A stretch of 64,000 nt of DNA from contig CM059432.1 of NCBI GenBank assembly GCA_030390025.1, forward strand, positions 16,122,001 through 16,186,000, written 5' to 3'. Of this stretch, positions 24,965-36,529 are shown piece by piece. The stretch is from Squalus acanthias (lineage: Eukaryota). Every line of letters starts with the position of its first letter. The stretch's first letter is position 1. Both the position numbers and the translations under genes were made by a program. Below the pieces are notes generated by a model, which was not told where the DNA came from, did not search any database, and saw only the letters and a list, made by a program, of their open reading frames with translations.

Positions 24965-25385
24965 AATAAAAGAAAGTCATGTATTTATATAGCAGCCTTT
25001 CATGACCTCAGGATGTCCCAAAGCACTTTACAGCAAATGAAGTATTTTTGAATTGTAGTTGTAATGTAAGAATCAGGGCAGCCAATTTGCGCACAGCAAG
25101 CTCCCACAAGCAGCAATGAGAATGACCAGATAATCTATTGTAGGTGTTGACCGAGTGAGAAATATTGGCCAGGACACCGGGAATGTCTCCCATGCTGTGC
25201 TTCGAATAGTGCCAAGGGATCTTCTACATCCACCTGAGAGAACAGACGGGGCCTCAGTTTCACATCTTGTCGCTCAGTACTGCACTGGAGTGTCAGCCTG
25301 GATTTTGTGCTCAGATCACGGGAGTGGGACTATGAACCCACAATCTTGTGACTCAGAGTGCAACCACTGAACCACGGCTGACAGC
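24965..25385 (-). mobile_element. Deu-SINE
   Basis: Reverse complement of 2482-2945 with internal deletions. Confidence 0.85.
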
Positions 25386-25614
25386 TTACTGGAGATGCTG
25401 CTGTGTGCATGAAGACCTACCATGTGGCAACCTCCCCACAGGATAGGAGAGCAGTACAGACTGATGCCTGGATGGAAGTGGCCACTAGAGTTAATGCTGC
25501 CTTCAGAACCAAGAGAAATACAAACAAAGAAGAAAGCACATCTGAAGAAAGCTATCAGTCAAGTGTTCCTTATACCAAATAGATTGCCCAAGTGTGCATG
25601 CCACAAAACATTTT

Positions 25615-26309
25615 GGGCTGGATTTTGAATGACCCATGGAGTCGGGTTTGGAGGCGTGTGGGGGGTTAAATTTGCGGGGTCGGGGTTTCCAACCCCATGC
25701 AATTTTGACAAAATCAGTCGCGGGGTTCCCGACTCCGTCCCGCCTCCAAGAGGCGGGAGAGGCCATTAAAGCCCTTAACAAGCTCTAAATTGGCTCTGTA
25801 ATGCCATTTTGAAACGTTTTAGCTAGTTTAACCCTTTTCTGTCGTGAAGTACGCCTGGTGTGAAACACGCCAGTGAAACCTGGCGGGAGCACAAGTGGAC
25901 AGCTGACTATCAGCTGCAGGTCCACTATTACAACGGAGATGTGATAAAGGTAGTAGTAGTATTAGGTCTGAAAGTCGCCGCTGCTGCATTGAATGTGTTC
26001 AGAGACTGCCTGGCCTTTGCTGTGAGAGGACTTTGATGCAAAAAAAATCTCAATCTCTCTCTCTCTCCAAGCCAGGCAGGTCCTCTCTCACCAACAGTCT
26101 CTGAGACTAGGCAGTCAACAATGATGACATCATCAGAGGCGACGTTCAGACTGAAAGCACTAATTGGTTCATGGGTTCCCACATGCTGGAACTCAATTGC
26201 CCAATTAAGTGAAAATTGCATCATTCATCCACATTAATCTGGAGTCGGGGGGGAAACACGAAATGTGGATTACACGACCCCAACCCGACCCCAAGACAAA
26301 ATCCAGCCC
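25615..26309. mobile_element. Harbinger-like non-autonomous element
   Basis: Perfect TIRs gggctggattttg / caaaatccagccc. Confidence 0.75.
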
Positions 26310-26534
26310 AAAATCTCTACTTGCTGCCCCATGCAATGTACTCAACCTAACAGTTCTTTGAATGCTTAACATATATGGCCAGCTGAGACTAGAGCACACA
26401 TTCAAGTTGGAACTTACAAGTGAAGCTCTTGGCTTCATTCCAAAAATCCTTCTAACAAAGACCAAGTGGTATGATGCACATTCACTTACTTAGCTGTCGC
26501 TGTATATATCCTTGAAACTTCCATAACATCAACT

Positions 26535-27230
26535 CTACTTCAGCACTTGCAAGACATGATGGCTCATAAACAAGGAGAAGCAGATCCACATGGAAGGAGG
26601 GCCTCGAAACCTCCGGTTATTGACATTATTCAAGGAGGCCATGCTGGGCATCACTGATATGGAGAAGATAGAGGGAGCGTGGGTGGGCGAAGTCAGAGAC
26701 AGAGACAGAGGGCTGGTACCATCCATCTCCTGTAATGTCTGTTCCTCTTACTCACTCACACAACTGGGCATAGACCCAAACCCACACCATGATCAACTGT
26801 ACGTTGACATAAGCAATGTCTGAAAGCTGTCTTGCAGCCAGCACTGTAACATATATTCATCTTCTGTATTTGTAGCATCCACCATAAGCCAGCCAGCAGT
26901 CCCAAAGGCACTGAAGAAGGCAGCACCTCTCAGAACCACGTCACCTGTTACAAGCACCAGGAGGTAGCAATGACAGGCAGCTCACTTGTTGCCTCAGATG
27001 CAGAAATTAAGGTTTGGGGCCTCACGCGGCCTGCTTACGCAAAGAGAAAGTCGCCTGACCAGGATTATGTGCACCAGGTACTTGAGCCAGTCCAAAACAC
27101 CCTGCAAGTTATGGAGGAGTCCATTAGCCATATGTGTGCAGTTGTTCAAGAAGGCTTTTCTGCACTGTAATCTACAACTGAGTGCACGGCAAGATCATGG
27201 GCATCTATGAAGAGCCCCTGTGCCACGAGG
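26535..27230 (+). pseudogene. Harbinger Myb/SANT partner gene remnant (downstream exons)
   Basis: DMMAH/NKEKQIHMEGGPRNLRLLTLFKEAMLGIT resembles the AHN..E...TGGG.P....LT..EE motif that follows the SANT-like domain; downstream MEESISHMCAVV segment. Confidence 0.55.
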
Positions 27231-27277
27231 CCGAAACAAGTGGGAGAGTCTCCCCTGAATTTAGGTGTCAGTTGGTA

Positions 27278-27745
27278 AAGAAAGACAGACTTGCATTTAT
27301 ATAGCGCCTTTCACGACCACCAGACGTCTCAAAGCGCTTTACAGCCAATTAAGTACTTCTGGAGTGTAGTCACTGATGTAATGTGGGAAACACGGCAGCC
27401 AATTTGCGCACAGCAAGCTCCCACAGACAGCAATGTGATAATGACCAGATAATCTGTGTTTTTGTTATGTTGGTTGAGGGGTAAATATTGTCCGGGACAG
27501 CAGGGATAACTCCCCTGCTCTACTTTGAAATAGTGTCCATGGGATCTTTTACCTGAGAGAGCAGACGGGGCCTCAGTTTAACGTCTCATCCGAAAGACGG
27601 CACCTCCGACAGTACAGCACTCCCTCAGCACTGTACTGGAGTGTTAACCTAGCTTTATGTGCTCAAGTCCCTGAAGTGGGACTTGAACCCACAACCTTCT
27701 GACTCAGAGGTGAGTGTGCTAGCCACTGAGCCACAGCTGACACCC
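27278..27745 (-). mobile_element. Deu-SINE, full length
   Basis: Reverse complement of 2482-2945. Confidence 0.9.
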
Positions 27746-27977
27746 TCACCTGAGTCAGAAGGTTGAGGGTTCAAGTCCCATTCCAGAGAATGGAGTGCAA
27801 AATCTAGGTGACACTCCAGTGCAGTACTGAGGGAGTGTGGCACTGTCTGAGGTGGTGTGGTACTGTCTGAGGTGCCATATTTCGAATGAGACGTTAAACC
27901 AAGTCTGTTCTCTCAGGTGGATGTAAAAGATCCCATGGCACTATTTCGAAGAAGAGCGGGGGAGTTATCCCCGGTGT
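27746..27977 (+). mobile_element. Deu-SINE 5' half, head-to-head with the previous copy
   Basis: ctgagtcagaaggttgagggttcaagtccc...gatcccatggcactatttcg. Confidence 0.85.
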
Positions 27978-27994
27978 TTCATGTGAAATGGCTA

Positions 27995-28185
27995 TTTTCC
28001 TGTATGTTCCTGGTCACTGAATAGCCACACATTGATGGAGTGGAATCCCTTTCGGTTCATGAAGGCTATGTGGTTTTTGCCTTGGGGCCTGTAGGGCCAC
28101 ATGTGTTCCATTAATGACCCCTGTAATTTGAGAAGTCCAGGAATGTGGTGAAATTGGGCAGCCCTCTCATGCGAGCGTTGTTCCT
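27995..28185 (-). pseudogene. Harbinger (HARBI1-like, DDE_Tnp_4) transposase fragment
   Basis: ERAAQFHHIPGL.., VINGTHVALQAP (frameshifted IDGTH motif), FMNRKGFHSINVWLFSD. Confidence 0.85.
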
Positions 28186-29565
28186 GAGGATGGGCAATAA
28201 ATGCAGCCTTGCCTGCAAAGCCCACATCCCATGAACAAAACAAAATTACAAGATGGTAACAGTAAACATTCAATTAAATGAACCTCAATATTTGTGAAAA
28301 CATCGATTCATTTAGTATTTTAGGTCAAAGTATGCAAAATGCTAAACGGAACAACCTCTAATTTAAGAGACGAAAGAAGAGTATTTTCTCTTAGAGTAGA
28401 TTTGAAAGAGGTATAAGTTAAAGATATGTTACCCTCGGTTTCCCCCATTCCAAACTGCTTTATAAGCGTCGTTGAGTCAATACTGTCCCATCTTCCCGTG
28501 CATCCTACTTTATTATTTGCAATCTTTTCATGTGCTTCTTCTTTCATTATTAACAAGTTTGTCGACCAGCTCTGCAATCCTACTCCCCTCTCTTCCCTTG
28601 CGCCTCAGCCTTTGCATTTTTCGGTCTCCACGTTTCCCTTACTTAGACCTGCAGCAGGTTCCCCCTCCATAAAAAAAAAAGAGGCCAGCGGCCACCCCAT
28701 TCTCAACACCACAACTTCACACAAAGGAAAGATCCTGGCTCGCAGCACAGACCGACTCAGGAGCAAGCTACGGTTGTTGCTGTAATTTTCTCTCAAATCT
28801 ACTTTGTGCGACATGACCTCCTAAATTATAAACAGGAACCTCAGGAATACTCTTTAAAATGCTGAGCTTCTGAAGGAAAAAAAAACACACAGGGAATGTT
28901 TAACTTAATTTTGAAGAAACATACAATACATTTGAACTGCATTAGCGGCACCCAAATTTAATGACGAGATCAAGATAGACATAATCTTCTCCTTTGCATC
29001 TAAAACCACAACGGCATCTATTCTCTTGTTTGCAAACAATAAAATTGCAGCAGTGCAAGATAACATCATTTGCAAAACACGGAGTGGGTCCCACTTTACA
29101 CAACTGGTTTCTGTATTAGCTTGGCTAATGAGGAAGAATTTGTTTTTTGAAAAAACCATTCAGGTTTTCTTCAGAAATTCCACTTCCTAAGAGAGTACGC
29201 TTAACACAGACTCTGCCAATGGTATTGGTGTGAATGCAATTGCCTTGTGTGGTATTGGGTGATGCAGACCACAAAGATCCCACGTTAAATCCCTGGTCAG
29301 TGAGCCGACGGCAGCTGAGGAGACTGCTACTGGCCTCAGCTCCCGAGCCAAGGAAGGATGAACATCAGGGCACATTTACACTTCTCGACTGCTTTTCAGC
29401 GACCCTGCTGATAAAAAGTGTGCCCGTGTAGCTGTCGGGTTGGGACAGAATTGGGGTTCAGCTGTGATGCCATCCACAGTGGAATTGGCTGCTGACATTC
29501 ACTGTATAGACTCCCACTTGAAGAATGAATATTTGGCTAAAGTGCCAGTAGACAGCCGGTGACTG

Positions 29566-30682
29566 TGTAAGCCGTGGCTCAGTTGGTAGCACCTTCCCCC
29601 TCTCAGTCATGAAGGTCGTGGGTTCAAGTCCCACTCCAGAGACTTGATGACAAAAATCTGGGCTGACGCTCCCAGTGCAGTGCTGAGGGAAGGCCGCACT
29701 GTCGGAGGTGCCGTCTTTCGGACGAGACGTTAAACCGAGGCCCCGTCTGCTGGGTGGATGTAAAAGATCCCACGGCACTATTTCGATGAAGAGCAGGGGA
29801 GTTACCCCCAGTGTCCTGGCCAATATTTATCCCTCAATCAGCATCACTAAAAAACAGATTATCTGCTCATTATCACATTGCTGTTTGTGGGAGCTTGCTG
29901 TGTGCAAATTGGCTGCTGTGTTTCCTACATTATACAAGGCAAATGGTATGCTGGCCTTCATAGCGAGAGGATTAGAGTACAGGAGCAAGGATGTCTTGCT
30001 GCAGTTGTACAGGGCCTTGGTGAGACCACACCTTGAGTATTGTGTGCAGTTTTGGTCGCCTTATCTGAGGAAGGATGTTCTTGCCATGGAGGGAGTGCAG
30101 CGAAGATTCACCAGACTGATACCTGGGATGGCAGGAATGACGTATGAAGAGAGATTGGGACGATTGGGCTTGTATTCGCTAGAGTTTAGAAGAATCAGAG
30201 GGGATCTCATTGAAACTTATAAAATTCTAACAGGACTAGACAGACTAGATGCAGGAAGGATGTTCCTGATGGCGGGGGAGTCCAGAACCAGGGGTCACAG
30301 TCTAAGGATAAGGGGTAAGCCATTTAGGACTGAGGTGAGGAGGAATTTCTTCACCCAGAGAGTGGTGAACCTGTGGAATTCTCTACCACAGACGGCAGTA
30401 GAGGCCAATTCATTAAATATATTCAAGAAGGAGTTAGATATATTTCTTAAGGCTAAAGGGATCAAGGGATATGGGGAGAAAGCAGGGACAGAGTTCTGAA
30501 TTTGGATGATCAGCCATGATCTCATTGAATGGCGGAGCAGGCTCGAGGGGCCGAATGGCCTACTCCTGCTTCTATGTTTCTATGTTTCTATTACACCAGT
30601 GACTACTTTCAAGAAGTACTTCATTGGCTGTAAAGCACTTTGGGACGTCCGGTGGTGGTGAAATGCCAGTCTTTCTTTCTTT
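29566..30682 (+). mobile_element. Deu-SINE split by a CR1 insertion
   Basis: SINE 29566-29933, resuming ttacaccagtgactac at about 30590. Confidence 0.85.
29934..30590 (+). mobile_element. Young CR1 LINE 3' fragment
   Basis: KANGMLAFIARGLEYRSKDVLLQLYRALVRPHLEYCVQFW to stop; (tttctatg)n tail. Confidence 0.95.
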
Positions 30683-31666
30683 GTGGGATGTTTCACTCTG
30701 CTAAAGGGGTTATATAAATGCAAGTTGTTGTTGTGGAACTACACGCCAGCATGAGTCAGGAACTTCAGGTGAGAAGGACAGAAAATAGTGGCAAAAAGAG
30801 TTGCTACTAACAAACACCACAAGTGCACATGGCAGATGTGCTGGGATCACGTGGAGCTTTAATGAATTTTCTTGTGTTATCCCCATTGAACAACAGATCA
30901 ACCCCTCCAGTCACTAATGGAACCACATGGTAGGTGACAGCTGGCAAAGGTTAAAAACCAGCCAGGGTTAAAAGGGTCACTGAGGTCTGATACTTACATT
31001 ATTCAGTCAATGAGCATGAGGCGCTGTCAGAATAGATTAGTCACTGGTCATAATGGGGTTTGTGGAATACATACAGGAAAATAGCAATGTAAGTCACATC
31101 TGCGTCTCCTTCACAAGAAGCTGATATTTTCCGCCCCATTTTTTCCTCTCTTGAAGATGCTAATTCAAAAGCCCCATGGGTATAGCAACCCTCCTGTTCC
31201 TAACCCAAGTGACCATTTTCCATGCTTGAACCCAGGCAGTGTCAACAGACTATGTGAGCCATCACAGTCATGCTTGATCCTGTTCTCCCCCAATGTCCAC
31301 ACATGCCTATTCCAGCAGGAGGCTATTGGATAGCAGCCTAGATCAGGGACCTTAGCTGGTTCTTCCCCTCCTTACTGGGTCATTGAGGCCAATAGTAGCA
31401 CACCTTCCGGCACCCTGGCTGTGATCAGCTCACTCAGCACAGATCAGGTACCATATCTGGGACCTTCCTTGTGCAAAGTTAAAACTTTACTGTGGAATGA
31501 AAAATATTTGGCAAATGTTTCCTAAAAGCTTGAGCAATATGATCCAATCTGTTTCAAGATGCATCATTGCGTTATTAAGACGTTACTGTGTTGTTTGTGC
31601 AGAACATCATTGTCACAAAAACAGAATAAGAGTGACTGCTCAGCTCATCTTCCTTCCAAGACAGTA

Positions 31667-32689
31667 GGGGGTAAAAATTTGATGCGCCAATATTTGGGCA
31701 CATTCCCTGTGCCTGAATAGTGAGGCCTGAGGCACCCCCGATATTGGGCTTCATGTCAATGGAGCCGGCGTGGCGCAAACAGCCAGCGGGCAAAGAGGAA
31801 ACCAAGATCGGGCCTCTGCGGCCCTCGGGTAAGTGAAGCTAGGGGGGAGAGGGGAGCAAAAAACAAAATCGGAGGCCAGGGGTTGGAGGCCTATGGGAAA
31901 GATCGGAGGCTGGGGTAAAAGGATCGGAGGCTGGGGGCGGTGGGGTAAAAGGATCGGAGGCTGGGGGGGCTGGGGTAAAAGGATCGGAGGCTGGGGGGTG
32001 GGGTAAAAGGATCGGAGGCTGGGGGAGTGGGGGGAAAAGGATCGGAGGCTGGGGGGGTGGGGTAAAAGGATCGGAGGCTGTGGGGGGGGGGGGTAAAAGG
32101 ATCGGAGGCTGTGGGGGGGGGGTAAAAGGATCGGAGGCTGTGGGGGGGGGTAAAAGGATCAGAGGCTGTGGGGGGGGGGGGTAAAAGGATCAGAGGCTGT
32201 GGGGGGGGGGGGGGGAGGGTGTGGGGGGGGGAAGGGAGATAGAAGGCTGTGGTGGGGGTGGGAGGACGGTGGGGTGATCGGAGGCCGGGTTGGGAAGGAG
32301 CGGCAGTGATGGGGGTGGGCATGGCGGCGGGCATGGCGGCGAGAGGGGAGGAGTGGCAGCCTGCGTTCTTTAAATGTGGGGTGAGGAGGAGCACTCCTCT
32401 TGCTCCTCCCGGCTCCACATTCAAGTAAGTAAATTTTAAAAACTTAAGCTGGCACCAGCTTCCTCGGGACAAACAAATCCTACAGTGGGGGCCTCAATCA
32501 GGCGTTAGCCCCCTCATTTGCATATGCAAAGTGTATATCACCTGTTCCAGGCACGGGCCCTGGACGCCTATTTTTTTTCCTTCACCAATATGGCGGGCAG
32601 CGCCTTTCTGGCTGGAAACGTTCCTCACCGCCATATTGGAGGCTTAGTAGGCCCGAAAAACAGTCGCTGCACGGATGAATTTATAGGCC
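31667..32689. mobile_element. Harbinger-like MITE carrying a minisatellite
   Basis: Degenerate ends gggggtaaaaattt / gaatttataggcc; aggagcactcct..ggctccaca motif shared with related MITEs. Confidence 0.6.
31901..32215 (+). repeat. G-rich minisatellite, about 28-31 bp x about 11
   Basis: Unit ggatcggaggctg(g/t)gggg..ggggtaaaa. Confidence 0.95.
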
Positions 32690-33751
32690 ATGATTTTTAG
32701 ATGGCTTACAATGAAAATCAGTTTTTGTAATGTTACCATCTTTCTTTCACACTTCATTTTCAAAACTGATTTATCTTCTAAATTTCTGATGAGCGTGATA
32801 AAGTAGAATCAGCGGAACATATTGAGATCAAACACTGTCTTCGAATTGACGGTGCATGAGGGAATTAAATACAAATATGTCATCTTGCTGGACTTTGGAG
32901 GTTCTGATAAAGGTAAGAGCCCCCGAAGGATTATTCCTTGGAAGTCTAAAGTGGGGTTTTTTTTAGTTTAAGGGGTTGTTATGAGAGAAAAAAAAAGCAC
33001 ACAAAACGTTTATATTTCAAAAGCCCAGGTGAGAAAGTGCAGCAGGCATGGGCAGATTCCAGCACTCTCACAAAGAACAGATATTCTAATGTGAGATTAA
33101 TCTGAGGCGTGCTGCAAACAAATGGCACCGCACATTTGAAACCCGAAAACCGTAGAAAGTAAGAGCAAACTGAGGAAACAAAAAAAGAGGGAAAGGGGAA
33201 GAGAAGAAAAAAAATGGGATAGAAAGAGAAAAGGAAGAGGGGGGGGGAGGGAGGAGAAAGAAACAGAGGGCGTGAAGGAGTTGGGAGACAGGGATAGAAG
33301 GGAGTCAGAGGGAAGAGAGATAGAGGAATGAAGAGGGAGAGAAAGAGAAAAAGACACAGAGAAATGGATGGTGACAGAGACAAATTTTGATTCTTTCTAC
33401 TTGTCATTTTTGAAGATTAAGGAAGAAAAAAAACTGAGCTGCACAAATGTATTCATGAAAAATTGTATCGTTATGATTTTACATTTAGAAAAACTTTTCT
33501 TGCTTATAATGTTAAATTATACATCTCCATTATTCAGTGCTTCTCAACACAGACAGTCTCTACGTCCAATACATTCCTTCCTATAAAGCGCCCCAGAATG
33601 CAGCTGCTAATATTACCCATCAGGTAATCTAATGCAGGTAAGTAAATGTTTGGCTTGTAATCAAAACACAAACAGATTCTAATGGCAGAGAATATCAGCT
33701 TATACACAATACATACATCTAAATTTATACACAGCATATTTGAATGCTTAC

Positions 33752-33876
33752 CTGTGTGTAGGAACAAGACTTGATGGAAGTTCTGTTACACAGCTTTGAT
33801 CCATTATTGGTAGTCTTGAGGGAGAATAAGAATGGTAAGCTGTCAAAACCACGCTGCCTGAATCATTTATCTCCAT
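33752..33876 (-). CDS. ARHGAP28: First coding exon of Rho GTPase-activating protein 28 (ARHGAP18/28/40 family)
   Basis: Translates MEINDSGSVVLTAYHSYSPSRLPIMDQSCVTELPSSLVPTH+AG, matching the recalled human ARHGAP28 N-terminus MEVEDSGGVVLTAYHSY; strong Kozak ataATGG; canonical donor CAG|GTAAGC at 33751; in-frame upstream ATG at 33882. Confidence 0.88.
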
Positions 33877-34160
33877 TATCATGGGCACATGCTTCCCTGT
33901 ATTCTAAGTGACAGCTAGCACTGAAAGTATTCAGTCGTCAGGTACTACAACAGGCAGTTCAGGCTACAAAGCGTTCCTGGAGGCAACAGCTCTGCCTTTT
34001 CTCTCTCTCTCTCTCTTTCACTCTCTACCTCGCTACTGCTTGCTGTCCAGAGCAACTGAGTAAAAAAGCCAGCCCACTAAGCAGGGTAGCGGGATTAGCA
34101 TATACAACAACGCCTCCCCAGACACAAGTGGGCAGCGGCCAGCATCTGAGGAGATATCCA
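33877..34160 (-). promoter_or_regulatory. Probable 5'UTR and core promoter of ARHGAP28
   Basis: TE-free; (GA)n tract about 34000-34027; Inr-like TCAGTT at 34059-34054; Sp/KLF-like GGGGAGGCGT about 34110-34120; TSS not determinable. Confidence 0.45.
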
Positions 34161-34951
34161 GTGCTTCTGAAAAGCCACAGACAGACCGGAGCAAGGCTAT
34201 AGTTAACCACTTTAAACTAATTGGGTTGAGGGGGGGGGACAGAAAATGTTTGAAATACTTTACATCCACACGAGCTGTGTTGCTGGTGAGCCTTCTCCCG
34301 AGCCCAAGTCTCTCTTGACAGTCGCTTGTTGAAACAGAAGTAGCTTGCTTGGTTAAAGGAGAAAACATTGCTGTTCACTTACATGCTGTCGAGAGGTGTT
34401 CCTGTTGTAAACTGAAACCTTGCAACCCGGCCAAGAAAAATAGTGCGCTATCAGAGTATCTCCATGAAAAATTCAGGAAGTGGATTGCATAGCTGTTTGA
34501 ACAGGCGAGGTAAACCCTCCGAGGGTCAGGGCACTCGCACAGTCAAGGTTACTGGCCAGCGGAATATGTGATGTGCTCAGCATTTTCAGCCGAGCAGGGA
34601 AACTCGGCCCTTAATACATAATTATCTTTGTACCTTGTGCAGCTCCTCCAGCAGTGCCGATAATAATATTCATTGCCAACAACGTAGCAAGGCTACAACT
34701 TCAAAGAATAACAATGGCTAGTCAACCTCCCATAAAAGTGTTTTTTTTTTATTTTAAAATTTGAACATTTTATTTACAGTTAATGACATTACAGAGCTCA
34801 AGTTCAGCTCTTTGCCCATTAAAGTGTTGTGTTAAACACACCGCTGGTGAGTACTGTCTTGTTTAATTTTAACTGCCAATCCATTCTATTTGCTCCCATG
34901 CTGTTCCAATCATCTCTGACTAGAAGTTATTTGGAAAATCGTGGCTTATCG

Positions 34952-35375
34952 TGTCAGCCGTGGCTCAGTGGGAAGCACACTCACCTCTGAGTCAGAAGGT
35001 TGTGGGTGCAAGTCCTACTCCAGAGACTTGAGCACAAAAATCTAGGCTGACACTCCAGTGCAGTGCTGAGGGAGTGCTGCACTGTCGGAGGTGCCGTCTT
35101 TTGGATGAGACGTTAAACTGAGGCTCCGGCTGCTCTCTCAGGTGGACATGAAAGATCCCATGGCACTGTTTCGAAGAAGAGCAGGGGAGTTATCCCCGGT
35201 GTCCTGGCCAATATTTATCCCTCAATCAACATCACTAAAACAGATTATCTGCTAATTATCGCATTGCTGTTTGTGGGAGCTTGCTGTGCGCAAAAGGTAC
35301 TTCATTGGCTGTAAAGCGCTTTGGGATGTCCGGTGGTCGTGAAAGACGCTATATAAATGCAAGTCTTTCTTTCTT
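34952..35375 (+). mobile_element. Deu-SINE
   Basis: Colinear with 2482-2945, small 3' deletion. Confidence 0.9.
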
Positions 35376-35904
35376 TAAGCAGAATCTCAGCCAATAAAAA
35401 TAAAGACCTATTTTAATGCCAGATCGGGTCTAACACTTCTGACTTGTGCAGACCCTCCACTTGTGATCAATCAGGTTGCATCTCTGGATTCATGGGCAAA
35501 AATACAGTCAGTTAGATGGAAACGTTTGATCAATTGCTTACCTGAGGTGCCTGTGGGGAAAAGCCTAATTAACCCCTGTCGCATCTAAGATCAATGACTG
35601 CTAAAGTGCTAAGCATTTCATTCCCTTAATGCATTTTAACTAACATTTTATATGGGGGGGGAGTAAATTTACACACACCGTTTTTGGCGTAATTTCAGTG
35701 TATAATTGGGCAAGTAAAATCTTGTGGCAGGGAAATAGGGCAAAAGCTGCTTTGACTGTTTATTTGGCCCATTGGTTTCCTACCCCAGATGCCCTTGTGT
35801 TTGTTGGCCCTTCCCGCTATCCACCTGCTGAGTCCCGAGAGACCTCATTTGAATATATTATAATGAGGACCAATGGCGCCGCAGCTCCGAGTTTCCTTCT
35901 TTTG

Positions 35905-36248
35905 AAAGAAAGACTTGCATTTATATAGCGCCTTTCACGACCATCGGACGTCCCAAAGCGCTTTACAGCCAATGAAGCACTTTTTGAAGTGTAGTCACTG
36001 TTGTAGTGTAGGAAACGCGGCAGCCAATTTGCGCACAGCAAGCTCCCACAAACAGCAATGTGATAATGACCAGATAATCTGTTTTTTTTTTTAGTGATGT
36101 TGATTGAGGGATAAATATTGGCCGGGATAAATATTGGCCAGGACACCGGGGGATAACTCCCCTGCTCTTCTTCGAAATAGTGCCGTGGGATCTTTTACGT
36201 CCACCTGAGAGAGAGCAGACGGGGCCTCGGTTTAACGTCTCATCCGAA
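35905..36248 (-). mobile_element. Deu-SINE, 5'-truncated
   Basis: Reverse complement of SINE core and tail. Confidence 0.9.
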
Positions 36249-36529
36249 CGCACCCGTGGTAGCTTAACTGAGAATTATAAGTCTAAGCTGTCCCCAGCAT
36301 CAGCCGAGAGAGGCGGCAGTCAGGCGTTTCTGAGCCTGAGAAGTGCGGAGTGTTTCACTAGAGATTTCTTTCACTACTTTTGGTAGTGATTTATTTTTGT
36401 TGCCATTCTGCTTATGTAGACATGGACTTGTTTCTGACAGGGTGAAACCGCCAGGAGATTTGCACCACCCCCACAGTGAGGAGCAGGTATAGCATTCCCT
36501 ACAGACATATCCCTGAATCCCATTAACAA

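Noticed and set aside
27992..28273. Domesticated HARBI1 gene
   Set aside because: Short, frameshifted, catalytic IDGTH aspartate reads as N, and flanked by SINE debris
28433..28820. Possible alternative or cassette ARHGAP28 exon on minus strand (tttag acceptor, GTAACA donor)
   Set aside because: Splicing from exon 1 hits a stop within eight codons, the donor is weak, and no peptide is recognisable; the TE-free context alone is insufficient
29708..30499. 263-aa ORF that looks like a gene
   Set aside because: Chance in-frame fusion of SINE sequence to the CR1 ORF2 C-terminus; no RT catalytic core
31891..32472. Proline-rich 193-aa ORF or CRISPR-like array
   Set aside because: Translation of a minisatellite; no unique spacers and no cas genes; eukaryotic context
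32979..33407. Hydrophobic 142-aa ORF
   Set aside because: Translation of a low-complexity GA/CT tract
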